From Camelus dromedarius (Eukaryota), in NCBI RefSeq assembly GCF_036321535.1, contig NC_087436.1, positions 32,738,001-32,802,000 on the forward strand: a stretch of DNA of 64,000 nucleotides. Reading direction: 5' to 3'. A program made the position numbers and the translations under genes. Under the pieces are notes generated by a model. That model did no database searches. It had not been told where the DNA came from and saw nothing but the letters and a program-made list of their open reading frames with translations. Below are positions 24,958 through 39,839 of this stretch, in pieces (position 1 is the first letter of the stretch; each line of letters starts with the position of its first letter).

Positions 24958-25677
24958 CCCATTCATTCACGTGACCAGTTATGGGCAGGTAATATGCTTT
25001 ATGTTGGAGCTACAACAACGAACAAGTTCTTATACTCCATGACTTGACAGTCTAGCTGGGGGTGTGGACAGTATGTAAGCTATTGCTTTACTGTGTGATA
25101 AGCACCAGAATAGGGTTAAGAATTGGATGCTATGGGAGCACATTGCTCTGGGGCAATAATGAATGATTTCCTAGAAGGTTTCTGTGAGGATTAAATGAGG
25201 CGGTGTAGGTAAAGTTCTTGTTTTACAATAGGCCTCAGTAAATACTAGTTTCTTTTATTTTTCTCTTTGACAGGGTCACCCCTTGAAGGCTGGGAGCTTG
25301 GCTAACCTTTGTGAGCCTTTGTTTTCCAGTATGTAGGACAGTACTCTGCACATGATGTGTACTTAAAAAAAGTGATTTGCAGAATTATTAAGGAATTATT
25401 TAATAATTTCTGAAATCTATCTGATGATAAATAGAACCACTTTCAGAAGATAAAGGTCTGAAAATTTGTAATTTGCAAAAAACTGAACTCTTTAATATTT
25501 TACTAGAAATTTGAGAAATTTGAGAAAAAGGAAAATCCTTTGTGAATACTTCACTAATCCACTTTCCAGCTACTGCCAGACTGTCATCACAGCATAGCTC
25601 CAATCATTACCAGCATCATCACGCTAATACATCTACCATGGTTTACAAAAAACTTCCTATGCAGTACCTTATTTCAT

Positions 25678-26258
25678 TTTTTAAAATAAACTTTATTTTG
25701 TAGAACAGTTTTAGATTTACAGAAAAATTGTGAAGCTAGTACAGAGAGTTCCCATATACTCTGTACTCTCTTAACCTTATTATTACCATATTAGTACAGT
25801 ATGTTTGTTGCAATTAATGAACCAATATTGAAATACTACTATTAACTATATTAAACTTATTCTCATTTTCTTATTTTTCACCTAATGTCTTTCTTCTGTT
25901 TCAAGATCCCATCAGGGATACTGCATTACATTTAGTCATCTCAGTTCTTGGCCGTGACAGTTTCTCAGACTTTCCTTGTTTTTGATGACCTTGACAATGT
26001 TGAGAAGTACTGGTCAGGGATTTTGTAGCATGTCCGTCCCTTGGGATTTGTCTGATTATTTTTTCTCATGTTTAGACTAGGTTTATGAGATTTGGAGAGG
26101 AAAACTACAGAGATAAAGTACTATTTTCATAACTTTAAAAAGTATATAGTATTAACATTTCTTATTCTTGATGTTAACTTTTTTAGCTTGACTGAAGTAG
26201 TGCTTGTCAGATTTCTCCACTGTGAAGTGACTCCCTTTCTCCCTTTCCACACTGTAGT
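25678..26258 (-). mobile_element. Ancient L1 (L1MC/L1MD-like) 3' end
   Basis: tagaacagttttagatttacagaaaaattg..tacagagagttcccatatac; gtgacagtttctcagactttccttgtttttgatgaccttgaca. Confidence 0.85.
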
Positions 26259-27477
26259 CTTTGCTTTACTTAGTTTTCAAATTGTCAGAGACCCACCTTA
26301 CTAACTGCCATAAACGGTGGTGACATGAACAGAGATAAGCAAGTTGGGTAAATCATAGTTTGTTATGAAGATCAAATAGGTGATGCTTCTAATGTGCTTT
26401 GAAATCTGTTAAACATATACACTTAAGCTAATATTTTTACTGAAAATCCAGAGAAATAAATATTCAAGAATTTGATGGCTTGGTTCAGGATAGTGGGAGA
26501 CAAACTCTGTATAAGAGTTTTCTGATCTTTCTTAAAACTTACATCTTTTTAAGTGACCATCTACTTCTTTTAAGTACAAAGCCAAAATGATATGCCTTTC
26601 TGGTGCATGCTTGTTAATTGTGGTTTCTAATGCAGAAATTTTGAGCAAGAGCAGGAGAGTCATGCTCTTCTTAGATATTTAGGGCAACAACAGAGGCAAA
26701 AATGGTCTACTTTTACTCCCATTTTCTTCTCATTCCCTTAAATTGGGACTGGAAATATGAGAGATGAAAAATATGAGGGGGAAAAAAAGGGAGAGGTAGG
26801 GAGTGGACCGGAGGAATTAGTCTGGGAGTGGCAGCTTCTAAGTGATTTATTATGGACTAGGGAAAGCTTAGCATTTCTTCCATATTTTTCAGGAAGGATA
26901 TGATGAGTTGCAATAACAATCTGGTGACTATTGCAGACTTGTTTGAATAAATCCTTCTTTATGCCTGCTTCCTTTTAAACTCGAGCTGAGTACCTTCCTC
27001 AGGTTAAATGGCTAATCAGTTTTCTTCTGCCTCCGAGAAGAAACATCTCTGAGGAGCCTTACAATTTCACTTGTTCAGGAACGTCAACATTTCTCCAGGT
27101 TCAGCTTGAACCAAAGGCAAAGCAATACCAGTAGTTGCTCTTTGTGAAAATAACTTCTCTCTTCAGGCTTTAAATCATGTCTTTTTCCTTTCTGCCACTG
27201 GTTTTCTCCTTTGCGATGGAGTATTTTCTGATTATTTTCCCACAACCCCTCCAGGAACTCCTACATCTATGGGAATTAGAGGCAATCAGAATGATACCTA
27301 ATTTTCTTTATTTGTATTGTAGCGGAGTGTATATTCCCAGACAATTACTCTGTGTGTTCATTAACAGGAAATATTTGGTGAAATCTGAGACATCAAATTT
27401 CATTTTACTTTGTTGATTTCATATCCAGAGATCCTACTCTGGGGGTGCTGTTGTGGAGAGGGGGTTTTTATAGGGTA

Positions 27478-27735
27478 GGCAGTGGAACATAATGTTTAAG
27501 GCCGTGAGCTCTGAAGCCATATCACCTACGTTCCAAGCTGAGCTTTACCATGTACTAGCAATGTGACCTTGGACAAGTTACTTAACCTCCCTGTACCTCA
27601 ATTTCTTTGTTTGTAAATGGGGATAATAATAGTCCTAATTCATAAGGTCACTGTGAGGATTAAACAATTTAATATATGTAGGATCCTTAGAACAGTGCCT
27701 GACATAGTGAATCTTTTGTGTTTACTGCTTATTAA
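27478..27735 (+). mobile_element. MIR, near full length
   Basis: tgtgaccttggacaagttacttaacctccctgtacctcaatttc..tgtaaatggggataataatag..gtgaggattaaa..cttagaacagtgcctgacatagt. Confidence 0.93.
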
Positions 27736-27780
27736 TATAATAATAATAATATAGATACATCAACATATATGCTAATATTT

Positions 27781-28246
27781 TGTATTTGTCTTCCCTCCCA
27801 CTTTACTTTCTGTCCTGACTGTAATCAGCATTATTTGGGCTCCCTTTACATCTGACTTCATTTGGGTTTAGCCAGAGGAGGCCCTGAGAGGACATGGATA
27901 CATAAAAGGAAAGAGGGGTGTGGGTGTCTTTCCTTTGCTTCCTCCCTGCTTCCTTGTAGCTGTTTCTTCTATATGTAGATGTGCTCCTCCATGATTCAGC
28001 TCCTGTTGGACAGCCCCTCCTGCCTCTTCAGCTCTTACTCGGCTCCTTTAACACCATTTCCTCCTCTTGTCCCGTCAGCTCTAGGAGTGGTAATACCTTC
28101 CCGTGGTTGAATCTCCGGATGCTTCATCATCCTTTGTTAGTTAGCTTGGTTTTCCCCACATCTTTGTTGTTAGTTTCTTCATTAGCATCTCTTCATTTGA
28201 ACCATTTGGGGAGAATTCTATTTTCTGATGGGACCATAACCCATAT
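27781..28246 (+). mobile_element. ERVL solo LTR, LTR33-like
   Basis: tttgggtttagcca, aacaccatttcctcctcttgtccc.tcagctctaggagtggtaa motifs. Confidence 0.75.
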
Positions 28247-29761
28247 AAAATTTTTAACTTTATATTTCTATTTGACAGTTTTGTAATGTCCCAACTACGA
28301 GCCTATTCCTTGTAATATGCTAGGAAACTTTCCCTAGAAACTAGTGATTATTACTTGTAAACATTTAGCCTCTTCATTGTTATCTTACATTTCTTGAGAC
28401 AGGAATTAGATTTTGAGTGTGCACATGTATGTATATATGTTCCTGACACAGGGCCAGGTATATAGCAGGTGGAAAAAAATAACCCCCTAGTATTAAAGGA
28501 CATTTCTATTCAGAACAGTGAACATGATGGTTTACTCCAGTGACACATTAAGGGCTTTGCAACTATAGCAGCTTTAGTTTCAACCTCTTTACAGTTACTT
28601 GTTAGGCTTTAAAGGATTTATTGCTTGTGAAAGGTGCCAAAATAATAGCACTGAGAAAGAAAATCCCATAGTCTCACAACAGACTGTGACTATCCAAGCT
28701 TCCTCTGACTCCTGCCAGAGAGCTCAGTGGAGCTGATTGAAAGATTAGCTCATTTTCAGCTGAAGTTTTGATGTTCAGGGAGACTGGGAGGTTTACCTTC
28801 CCCTCAGGAAATTCTATGAAAGAACTAGATTAAGTGTTTTCTCTTTCTGAAGAGTCTCTCAAGCAGCCCTCCTGCTGCATCCTTGAATAGACTCAGGCTT
28901 TTTAAGAGAGAGCAGTTAATTAATTTTGTTTTTATATACTTTTTTTTTTTCTGCAAAGGAAGATGCTTGTAAAGCAAGCCTCCTGGTCAACTGCTGAAAT
29001 AGTTTGGTGAGCTGGCTAATTGTAAAGAAGATCCTAGCTATAACTTGTTAGCACCTAGCAAACAAAGTACTTAAATGCAGCTGTAGACGTAAATATTTAA
29101 TCTTCATGTGCACAGAAATGGAAGTGTCTCTAATTTGAGTTACTTATGCAGATAGCTCTTGGAGGCTTATTTTCTTCTTTGGTAAAGCAAATGGTAACAC
29201 CACCTATCTTGTAGGTTTGCTGTGAGAATTAGTGATGCTTACAAAGCACCTAGAATGCAGTTAAGTGTTCAACAAATGGTAGCAAGGGGTACTGATAAAA
29301 GCTAAATTAGAAACTTATTTAAACTGAAAATGAATAGAAATAATTACTATGTTTACTTGATTGGTATTGTTTTTATGTTGTACCCTGCTTATTTTTTTGC
29401 AAGTAGACCAAAGTTGGTCATTGCCATGGGGAGGAGTATTTTTACAAAGGAAGTTCTTGGGAAAAGGCCACTTACCTAACCACAAATGGGAATTTTCTTG
29501 ATCGGGTTAGATTACAACAGCTCAGTCAAGGATAGGCAAGCTCCACTAGGTGGTAGCATTGTCATCTGGCCCAGCAAGGGAAGCTACAAGAAACTGGCTG
29601 AAGATTATGTGAATATTAAAGACAGAAGTTTGGACATGAATATCAAGCCTGCTGAGGGCCAAGCAATATGACTTTTGACATGTCCTAATTGAGAGCCAAC
29701 TGAGGGCTTGTATGGAAGACTGTCACGTCTATCACATGTATGCTCTTAAGATGTATTTATT

Positions 29762-29771
29762 CACACATGCG

Positions 29772-29805
<34 letters not shown>
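29762..29805. repeat. Compound (GC)6(AC)n microsatellite
   Basis: cacacatgcgcgcgcgcgcacacac... Confidence 0.95.
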
Positions 29806-32535
29806 AAGTAGACCTAGGGAATTATGCCATCTGGGATCCAAAACTAGAAGAGCAAATTTCCCTCAAGGAGGTAAAAAATATAACATATAATATGATAATT
29901 ACATAGTGCACACAAGATGTGTTTTGAACTTGACAGAAACAAACCTTTCAGGCTCAAGTTCTAGTGCCAAATAATAATAGCCAGAAGAGAACTACATTTT
30001 GTGTTTTTTTTTATAATCCCTTCCAGGTCCTCACATACACCAAATTATGCTCAGGAAAGTAGGGACAGCACATACTTTTCAGGGGAAGTTCAGTAAATTG
30101 AACTCTTTGGATCAAAACACTAGCAAAACAGCACTGAAAAATCACAATATTTAACTCCCCTTTCAGAGTGCACACAAACATTAGGAAAATATGAAGATTA
30201 TTTTATGAAATATGAAAATATTAAGAATTATTTTAAAATTTTGGGCTTGATTTTCTGACTCTGGATTTTACTTTCAGACAAGGCTTTTTTAGGAGTCATT
30301 TAGTGCTTTAGCGTCTTCTTTATTCTTTACATATCAAAGTTTTCTTTTTCTTGTTCTTTCTCATCATTTCTTTCCACATGATGATATTTATTTTCCCCTT
30401 TGTATTGAAAATAAGATAGGTGGAAAGAGATGAAACTTTTTATGATTCCATTTTACCATATCTCTCTATGTTAACAGTGGAATTCATTCAACATATAGCT
30501 CATAATGGAATTAAAACATGTAATATATATCCAACTGGCATTTCTTATACCTAAAAATTATGTAAGTAGGTGGAGTTTAATGTTAGAATGAGAGTAAGAA
30601 CCTGTAATTTTCCTCTACCAGCCCTTTTCCTTGGCTTCTCCTGATGGAATATGCTTCTGAGGTGGATACCCCCTGGAATTTGCCCTAATATTTGTGACTG
30701 CTCCTAAGCTATTCAAATTTGTGAGAAGTAGATTTTTTACTTCCATGAGACTTGGCTGACTCCTCTGACCCTGGGACTTCTCAGGTCAAAGGATTCCCTA
30801 GAATTCAGGTGGTGGAAGTGCTGACTTCAGAATTCTAGAACTGCTTTGCAGAAAAAACCAGGAAAAATGATCTGTCAAAAACTTAAAGATTACTGTGGAA
30901 ACAGCCAAGAGTCTAAATACTGTCTCTTCTAGGCTAGAACAGGCATAAATTGAATGATAGGAATGGATTTTTCTGAGAGTGAGTGACAGTGGCCTGTACT
31001 CTCAGCAAAGTGTGTGTATATATGTGAGTGAGCTTCTTCATAATCAGGAAGTTGGGATTGTTGTAATCTCCTTTGAGTCTTCATTTAAAATTGATTTTAA
31101 GTGCTATTAGCTTTTGAGGTAAAGGAAGGAGGAAAGGGAGTAAAAGGTTAATTGCTGGGGGTAGATGCATAAAAAGGTGGTTCTGTAACAGGACACTTGA
31201 GAGTCAAATTTAAATCTAGATGAGATTTGAGATATCTTCTTGGCCATTTTCCTTTCTGCATTGAGAACCTTTGTAAATTACAATCTGGATCTTGCTTCTG
31301 TAGAAGTTTAAAAAATCTTCAAACACTGATTAGCCTTCCAAGGTGTTTGAAGCCTACAGGAGATATAAAATTTTCCATGCTTTCTACTCTAAACTTATGA
31401 AACAAAACGAGTATAAATAAATAAATAAACAAGATTATAAAATATTTCTAGTCATATTTATCTTATTTGATTTTTGGCATAAGGAAATTTTTTTTTTTTT
31501 AAGATTGGCTAATTGTTTTACCCTGCCACAGTTTAAGAAGAGTAATTACAATATACCATCCACTCCTTTGTCTATGGATTTTTACATTTTTAAGAGAATA
31601 AAAAAAGCCTCTTACTATTTTGTGCAATCATGGTGGTCTTCTTTTCTTTACATTCTGAAGGATACCATAGCTGCCAGTGGATAAAATTTCTTTTGGGAGT
31701 AGAGATAGGCTTCCACATAGGATTATTTTGTAGTAAAATCAGAAATGTGAAGCACATGAATTAAATGGTTAAGAAGTGCTTGCAAGCCGTGATATCAGAG
31801 GAAATAACATTTATTAAATGAAAGCTGAACACTTTCTTGAGGGGAAAAAAATTTCATTTTCATCAGCTAATAATCGAAACAGTTTGACACTAACCAGAGA
31901 GAGCCAAAAAATATGGAAACAATTACTGAATTAAATGAAATATCACAAAATTATATGTTATTTTGCATTTTGGTAAATGCAAGGTAAAAGCATTTCATGA
32001 AGATTCTATTATATATTGACCAAATAAAAGAAAAAGTTTAGGAGTGGGTTTAAAGGCAAAAGTAAGAAATGTGATTATCTTAAGATACCAGTAGAAAAAT
32101 GTATGTGTTATTCTTACTTCCACATGCACAGTTCTACTTTAAATCACACTGCCGACTGCATTTATTATTAGGTTGGAATAATCAATTCTATGATGGAGTA
32201 AACTGGTTTCACTGACAAGAAAAAGATGCCTTACAAGTCTGGTTGGAGGTTTGATCAAATGCATATAGTTACTTTGTCTTAAACAAAAAAGTGATAGTGA
32301 CTGTCATTAAATCTCAAACTCTGTTTTTACTTTTATGAGACTGTTACACACCCTAACTGCATTACCACTACAATAACAAAATCACGTTTCCTGCTATTTC
32401 ACGAAATCTGAAATGGTGATGAAAGATACTTCCTACCAATGATGTCAGTGGTTATTTAATTGCCATTAGATGGTAATGAAACTCTTTCTTGTGACTTACC
32501 CATGATGAAGTGTTCTTGATCAGATTGTGTTAAAC

Positions 32536-32555
32536 AAAATGGCTGCCGCCATATT
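32536..32555. promoter_or_regulatory. Inverted pair of YY1-consensus motifs
   Basis: AAAATGGC-t-GCCGCCATATT versus the YY1 consensus CCGCCATNTT. Confidence 0.45.
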
Positions 32556-33294
32556 AGATGTTTTTTCTGAAAACTAGGTTTTCATTACTCAAATAATATT
32601 AGCAGAGCGAGCTGAATTATGTTTGGCATTAGCTTTTGAATTATTGCTTCTGAATAGTGTTTTTTAAAAAATTGGATTACCTTACTCTTCCATATTAGGG
32701 ATAACATATGTTTTTGCAATGTTAAGAAAACATCCACTTTTCATTATTTGAAGTAAAAGTAATTTGCCCACCCTAGATCTCAAATTTGTTCTGTTTTGTC
32801 AATTTCAGCTACTAGTATCATTATTAGTATTGTTTTTTCTGAACACCAGACCTGTACTAGGGTCTCATCCATGGGATATAAAGCAAATTAAAAATTTTAA
32901 GATGGTTTTTCTTTTGGCTTGAAATATAAAGGATTTCATAATAGTCCTGTCTTTTCTCTCATTAATCTTGGTATTTTACATTACCTTGTTAGCTTCTCTC
33001 TTTATTTGATATTCTGGGTAAGGTTGGGAGAGAAAGAAAAGAAATGAAGACCGTAAAACAGGAAGAAAGATTACAGCATCAATTCAGAAGTGGAGAAGCA
33101 ACGTTAACATTGGAATTAAGAAAAATTTCCCTATGTCTTAAATCCTAAACAAGGCTTTTGATATAAAGTTGAAGATACTGTGGTTAGTTGAAAAAAGAAG
33201 ACACAAATATATAAAAAATGGAGTCTATTTTCTCTGCCCTTTACTCTAGGTTTGATAACATAACTTACCTTGGTTAACTGAATGCTAGGAAATT

Positions 33295-33620
33295 TGATTC
33301 AAGCAGGTGTTTGAGGAGTGCTTGCATACTAGAGCTTACTCTATCTTGCTGTTCTCTACCATCCTGAGATTGCTGTGTCTCAGGATGAAATACCACATAG
33401 AATAGAGACAAGCTCTCCTAGCTATGGTTTCCCTAGGTCAACAAGCCTGCCAACCCTCAGACATGTGAGTGAGCTATTGTAGATTGTTCAGTGCCAGCCA
33501 AGCTGGTATAGACCAGAAGGTCTGCTCAGCCAACCCTTAGAATCATAAGAAATAAAAATGTTATTTCAAGCCACTGAGTTTTGGGGTAATTTTGTATGCA
33601 AGCAAAAGCTAATTGATACA
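33295..33620 (+). mobile_element. MaLR MLT1 LTR, 3' part
   Basis: cagacatgtgagtgag; aagccactgagttttggggtaattttgtatgc..gctaattgataca end. Confidence 0.85.
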
Positions 33621-36600
33621 AATACAAAAAATGGAAACTTTGTTTTTAGATGAAAAATATGCTAAAATTTTTGTTTTCATTGTTGCTTTTAAATTTCTTT
33701 TTGAAAAAAGTGCTCCGGTGGAAAACTTGGTTTTAGGTTTCATGAACTCACTGTAGCTTGGGGAGACCACTCTTTATAGAGTGAATGACTTGAATCATTC
33801 TAGTTGAAAACTATACATTTCTCTTGAATTCCTGGATACTTTTCAAAGCTGGTTAGCTTTGTAAGAATTGGTTGTAGTTTTCTGTCAGGATATCATCACA
33901 TTTTCTATTCATCTTTTTATGTCAATTTTGCTATTGTGTTTTTATACCGGTTTTTAAATGTACACTTGAGAACATTTGGGAACCAAACACATTATCTACT
34001 GCTAATTTAATGTGACACATCATAGATGTAAGTAACATTAGCACTAACATTTTTTATATTCCCATTAGAATATGTATCAAATCCTCAAAATTATCCAAGA
34101 AAGACTTACTGTATTTACTGTCAATAAGAATTATATCTCAGGTGTATGTATAGAGTACGTCTTCCATCTACTGGGGAACATCCAGATGATTAAAATTCAT
34201 TTATACTTGAATATATACTCCCTATTTTTTTATAATTGAAAAATTAATTAATATAGGTTGTTGATTGAATGTGAGACTGTAGGAAAATTCAAGAAGTTGC
34301 AGTACTTAGAAATTGTGTTTTTCTTATTCTAGGGCTTTCTTCCCTATTGTTACCAAATTAATCTGGGCATTTTGATCAAGCACATTGACTAGGTTCTTTT
34401 TGAATAGGTTGATTTGAAGGCTTAAATTTCAGGGACGGCCAGAATGACTTTTTTTTTTTTGATCTTAGATGTTCAGAGTTGCAATCTGTTCTTTTGGACA
34501 CAAGTCTTACCAGATGATCCAAATCTTTGTAATCAGCTGGCTCTATAATTCTCTTTGTTAGAGAATAACTTTTGAAATTGTAATCTAAAATCTGGAAGAG
34601 TTACTGCTTCAGATTGGTAACAACTTTGTGTTTTCAAAGGCTAAGTATAACTCATGCTAAAAGTCATTATTTTGGGGAAAATTATATGAAATGAGTAAAA
34701 TAGAGAATTCTTTCTTAGATATGAGAAATAACACATAAAGTTTCATGTGTCTAAAATATGGCTCCAGGTTTTATTGATAGTGATTTCAAATTACATCTGT
34801 CAGTTGTGTTTCAAGGCAACTGAGAGGACCAAACAGCCATATTTTATGAGTATAATGGACTCACATACTCAGGATGGAAGGAAGGAGGTCCATTTAGATC
34901 CAATTTCATGTTGAAGACTTAACTTTTCTCTTGTAACATATTCTTGTCAATTTTACATGAAGCAAGATTATATTTGCTCAATAGTAGGTTTAGACTAATT
35001 CTGTTGCCTTTTTGCTGAAAAGAAGGAACTTTTAAATTTGTTTTTGGGGGAGGGGGTAAGATTGTGTGGTCATTCTTTTAATAAGAATGGATAAGAACGA
35101 ATCATTGATCAGTGAGTACATCATGCAATTCTAGTGCCACTACAGCAAATCCCAGATAATTGTACTTTGGAAAAAAAGTGGAATTTAGAGCTAAGTAATT
35201 TGGATGTAATCTGCTGATTTGTTGAGTAGCCTTCAACAAATCATTTAACCTCAGTTAGAACATGCTTTGAAATCCTCAGGTAAAAGTCCTCATGTCTGAA
35301 ACAGAGTATGAGACTAGATTCTCATTTTATTCCATACTCAGGGGGAATTTTGAGAGCATTGCATAGAATGAGAATTTGGCACAATATTATTATTATGAAT
35401 TTGGGAACTAAGTGCACATATTCAGTATTTATGGTTCTCAACATTGCAACAGCTCTGGATGATGGAAAAACATTATTTTGTGCAGATTTTTTCGAGTTGC
35501 TGGTGAGACTAGACTAGTTACCATAGAGAGGAATGAACAGGACTCCTTAGCAGTCTGGAAATTAAAAAGAATCACTTATGTTGTGATTTATCAGTCACCA
35601 ATGAGGGATTCAGAGGTAGTTGAATGAAACTGTCATTTGAAATGTTTCCTTTCATATCCTGCTTTGGGTGTGTCTCATCCCCTGGCACTGAGGTGGCACT
35701 GGGCTTCCCAATGTCAGATACATCTTGTCTGGATGGCTGGAGTCAGATTCAGAGGTGCCTGAAGGTTTCACATGGCCCTTTGGAAAGAGGGTCAATTTTG
35801 AGAAATGTAAAACGTGCTTTTGCCTATTGCAAATCATATATCTCCTAGATTCTCAAATCAAGGTGTGATAATAGACAGGATGATATTTGGTTGATGCTAG
35901 ATTGGACATTCAGATAGAGCTGTGATCAGGAATGTATAAATGAAAATCCTCAGGCCCAGACCTGATGCTATACTGCTCATGGAATTAGCCTGGTGGTTGT
36001 TCTGGAAGCCTGGTTATAGTTGCATTTCAGTCATGTGGAAGAAGCTTAGTGAGGGAAACTGAAAATATTTCCAGGTTTTTTGAGTCTTTCCACAAATCTT
36101 TACTCTGCCCCTATTCTGCATCAGGAATCCATGCGTGATTTTGGGGACATGATAGTGCAGTAGACAGATGCTTAATGATACTGCTGCTATGGTGGGAAGC
36201 TGCCCTTCTGAATAATGGTTGCTTTTAATAAATGTGTATTTTGGTGAAATGTAAACATTCTGTATATTATGCTTCATTTTAGAATGATGCACTTCTACAA
36301 ATATTGCTGTCTGAAGTGAATGTAAAAAACCTTCTGAGATCAACTTATTTCATTTGTCCAATAAGTGTTCAGTCAGTTAACCTTATTTTGAGCCCATTTT
36401 TAAGTGCTAGGTACTTTTCCACTGAGTTCAAATTGAATTTGTTTTTGGATTAGCATCTGTGACTCTTATCTGAAAAGGTTATGGCTGAGTGAGACTGCTC
36501 CTGAAACTGTGACCAGCCTGAAGTATCCGGTTTTACTTGTTTCTGCTGGTTCATCAACATTTGTCTTCCCTGGCATTCAGTTGCTGACTTGGTACAATGT

Positions 36601-36743
36601 ATCAAAGAGGAAGCAGATAAGCAAACATTTTCAATAGCAGATGATAAATGACACAGTAGATATGAACATGGGACATTGGGGAAACAGAGATGAATCACTT
36701 AACTCAGACTAGGGTCGTCAGGATGGAAAGGATAAAACTCACT

Positions 36744-37289
36744 TGTATTAGTTATTATTACTGTGTAACAAGTTGCCATAAAATAAAATGGCTTAAGACA
36801 ATAATAAAGATTTTTTTTTTTCACTCTCACTATTTCTCTGGGTCAGGAATTTGGGAGCACTTAGTGGAGCAGTTCTAGCTCAGATGTCTCCAATGAGGAG
36901 GTATTGAGATATTAGCCCAGGCTACTGTCATTTAAAAACTTGACTAGAGGTGGAGGATCTGCTTTCAAGGTGGTTCATTCACATGGCTTTTAAGTCTGAG
37001 TTGTTTGTTGGTGGGAGACCTCAATTCCTTTCTATGGAGACCTTACCATAGGACTGCTTGAGTGTTTTCAAGACATTGATACCTATTTCCTTTAGAGTGA
37101 GTGATCCAAGAAAGACCAGGGCAGATACCCTGCTGTCTTTTATGATCTAGCCTTGGAAGTATCCCACTTGTACTTCTGTAGTATTCTGCTGGTGTCACAG
37201 GCCAGCCTGGTGAAGTGTGGGAAGGGACTACACACAGTGTGAATACAGGGAGGTTGGATCGTTGGGGCCATTTTGAACTGGCTCCACAC
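36744..37289 (-). mobile_element. MaLR MLT1 solo LTR
   Basis: tgtattagttatt..tgtgtaacaa..tggcttaa..ggtcaggaatttggga; ttttatgatctagccttggaagt. Confidence 0.88.
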
Positions 37290-39839
37290 CAATTTTTAGG
37301 GATGCTTAATAGCTGAGATTTGATTCTGGTCCCTGGAGCATTAACTCACTTGGGCCTTGGCAACCACCATTGATAATGTGAGTCTCTGATATTTTATATG
37401 TTATACAGGTTTCTATTACTACTACTCTTTGAATCACGTGGAGTTACAACAAGATGTTAGCAAAACAATGGATACAAATGCTTCTTAATTCAATGCTACT
37501 GATGAATTAATCCTAGTGGGGACATTGACAAGCTAATAGGTTTTAGACAACATCACAGGGAAAAAAAATCATATTTGCTGTTAAACATGGGAATTTTGAA
37601 ATAATTGTTCTTTCTAATAGGGTTGTTGAAATATCACCATGGGGTTCAAAGTGGGAATCTCTTTCCCTGGAGGCTTGACAATTAGCCATTTGCATATATT
37701 GGCCCATATTGTGTGTAGCTCTAATGTGAGTTTCAAGCATATCATGTAGTAGACCACTTAATACTCAATAATGTAAGTATCTCCTAGATCCTGTCTCAGA
37801 AAAGTGATGAAGTCAGTATTTGGGTCTTGAGGCCTGAAACCTTTCTTTTGTTGAGTAGGGGAAGTGTATGTTGCTGATTAAAAGTTGATGCCCATTATTT
37901 TTACTAGATAGTAGTATTTTGCTAATATCATTTCCAGTTTTATGGTGGTATTCAAAGGTGGTTTGGAAAGGGGCTTCACTCTTCTTAATTCCAGTGTCCA
38001 AAAAGCCACCCTACATAAACATATCATCTAACTACAGTGTGCTTCTAATATAAATTCCATTTCAGGATTCCAGATTCAGTCTTTTAAGTCCCTTGTATAT
38101 CAAAATTAGGGCTGCCACTGTTCCAGACAATCACTTGCCTGTCTGTATTAACATAGTTCCACATTAACATAGCTCAAACTTTGCTGCTTGTTAGATTTTG
38201 GCATCTGCATTTATCCACATAGAATCTGGCCTCTTTCTCCCAATTTGTCATTATAGAAGAGCTCTGAATTGATTGTGATCATAGAGCATTTTCTGCCTAT
38301 GTCTTACTTGTAGCACAAAGTGGATATTAGCTTTCCCAATTAAAGCAGATTTCCTGCTTTACCAACCACTCTGACGTGCTGAGAGAGCTGACAATTTTAG
38401 TACTAAGCTTGTTAGAGTCGAATGCACTTATTATAGTATTTTCCATAGTTTGTTATTTGTTGAAAGCAGAGCTGTTTTCACACAGAAAGGTCCAAGATGC
38501 AGAGATTGCTGAGTATATATATTTTATCTTCTCCTTATCTCTTCTTCCCCTAATCTCTGTAGGCACCCCATCACTTATAGCCCCTTTATGTATGGCCATA
38601 ATAGTCTGCTCTTTATTGTTTTTAACATAGGCCCTGGAACACATGTTCATCAACTTAAATTTGTTATGTAATATGGACATATTTTCAGTTTCACCTGTTA
38701 GCCCTCCCAATATCTTTTTTCCATTCTTACCTATCAAAGACCATACTCCCTCTTCCCAGGGATACTTCTTTTTCTATAGTTCATTTCTCTTGATCGCTGT
38801 CATATCTGTTAGTCTTCTGTCTTAAGCAATTTTAAGAAAAGAGGTTGGACAAGCAAGGGAAAACTGAGGGTACCCTTTCAATATGGGGGATCTGAAGACC
38901 CTGGGGAGCTGGGAATAGAATATTAAGAAAGTCAAAAACCTTTTAGGAAAGTCTGGGAACTTTGATATAGAATTAACCCATGAAGTTCTTCTTTAGCTCT
39001 TTCACACCCTTATGGTATATATTCTTTCTTTTCCAGTTCCTCTGAATTGCCAGCACTTCCTCCTCCTTTTATCCCTTACTCGTTTGTACTTCTCCATGTA
39101 CACGCTGAGATCCGTCAACCTGGAAGCAGTCTGAACCTGTTATGAATTTCCCTTAGTCTGTACCAACCTAGCAATATAAGTAGGGAAGCTAAACTTTAAT
39201 AGATCAGTTACTTATCTCCCCTGGTCACATCCAAGTTCCTTCCTCTGCTAGTAAGAGAGAGGGCAACCACTGGGAGTATCTCACACAAATTAAACTCTAC
39301 TTCTCATTGGGCTCTTCACTCTCAGGTAGCTCTGGAGCTCTTTAAGATGCTCCTAAATTACCTAACCAAGTCCCTGATTTACCTATTGAATGTTGCTTAA
39401 ATAGTATTTCGTGATGGGGTCACTAGCCCTTTCTTCTTCCACGGCAGTCTTCCTTCAAGCATCATCTCTCTATTTATGACAGCCATCCTATTTTCAAATA
39501 TTATTGAGGTTTCTAGTACAGGGTAGTCTACCTTTTTCATCTTAGTTTCTTAATGCAAGGGGGAGATATCTTGAAATGATAAGGTTTGGAATCTCTACAA
39601 ATTCTTCTATTTCTCTCCTTAGCTCCATTTTAAATGAGCCCTGCCTCTGGTCTGAACTCAGAAAATTAGAAGCACTGTTCCAGATTTCATGAGTCCCCTG
39701 AAGATCCCATTCCATCAACAGTCCAAACACTGTCAGTAATTTCATCAGAAAATTGTGGTGATCAGAGGTTCACACTCCCATATTCACCACTTTCACATGT
39801 GTCTGTCTGGATGTTTTTCTCCCGTTTTGGAGGAAGGGA

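Noticed and set aside
32502..32570. Box C/D snoRNA (ATGATGA ... CTGA, 69 nt)
   Set aside because: No terminal stem, no clear C'/D' boxes and no recognised guide; such a pairing is expected by chance in 64 kb.
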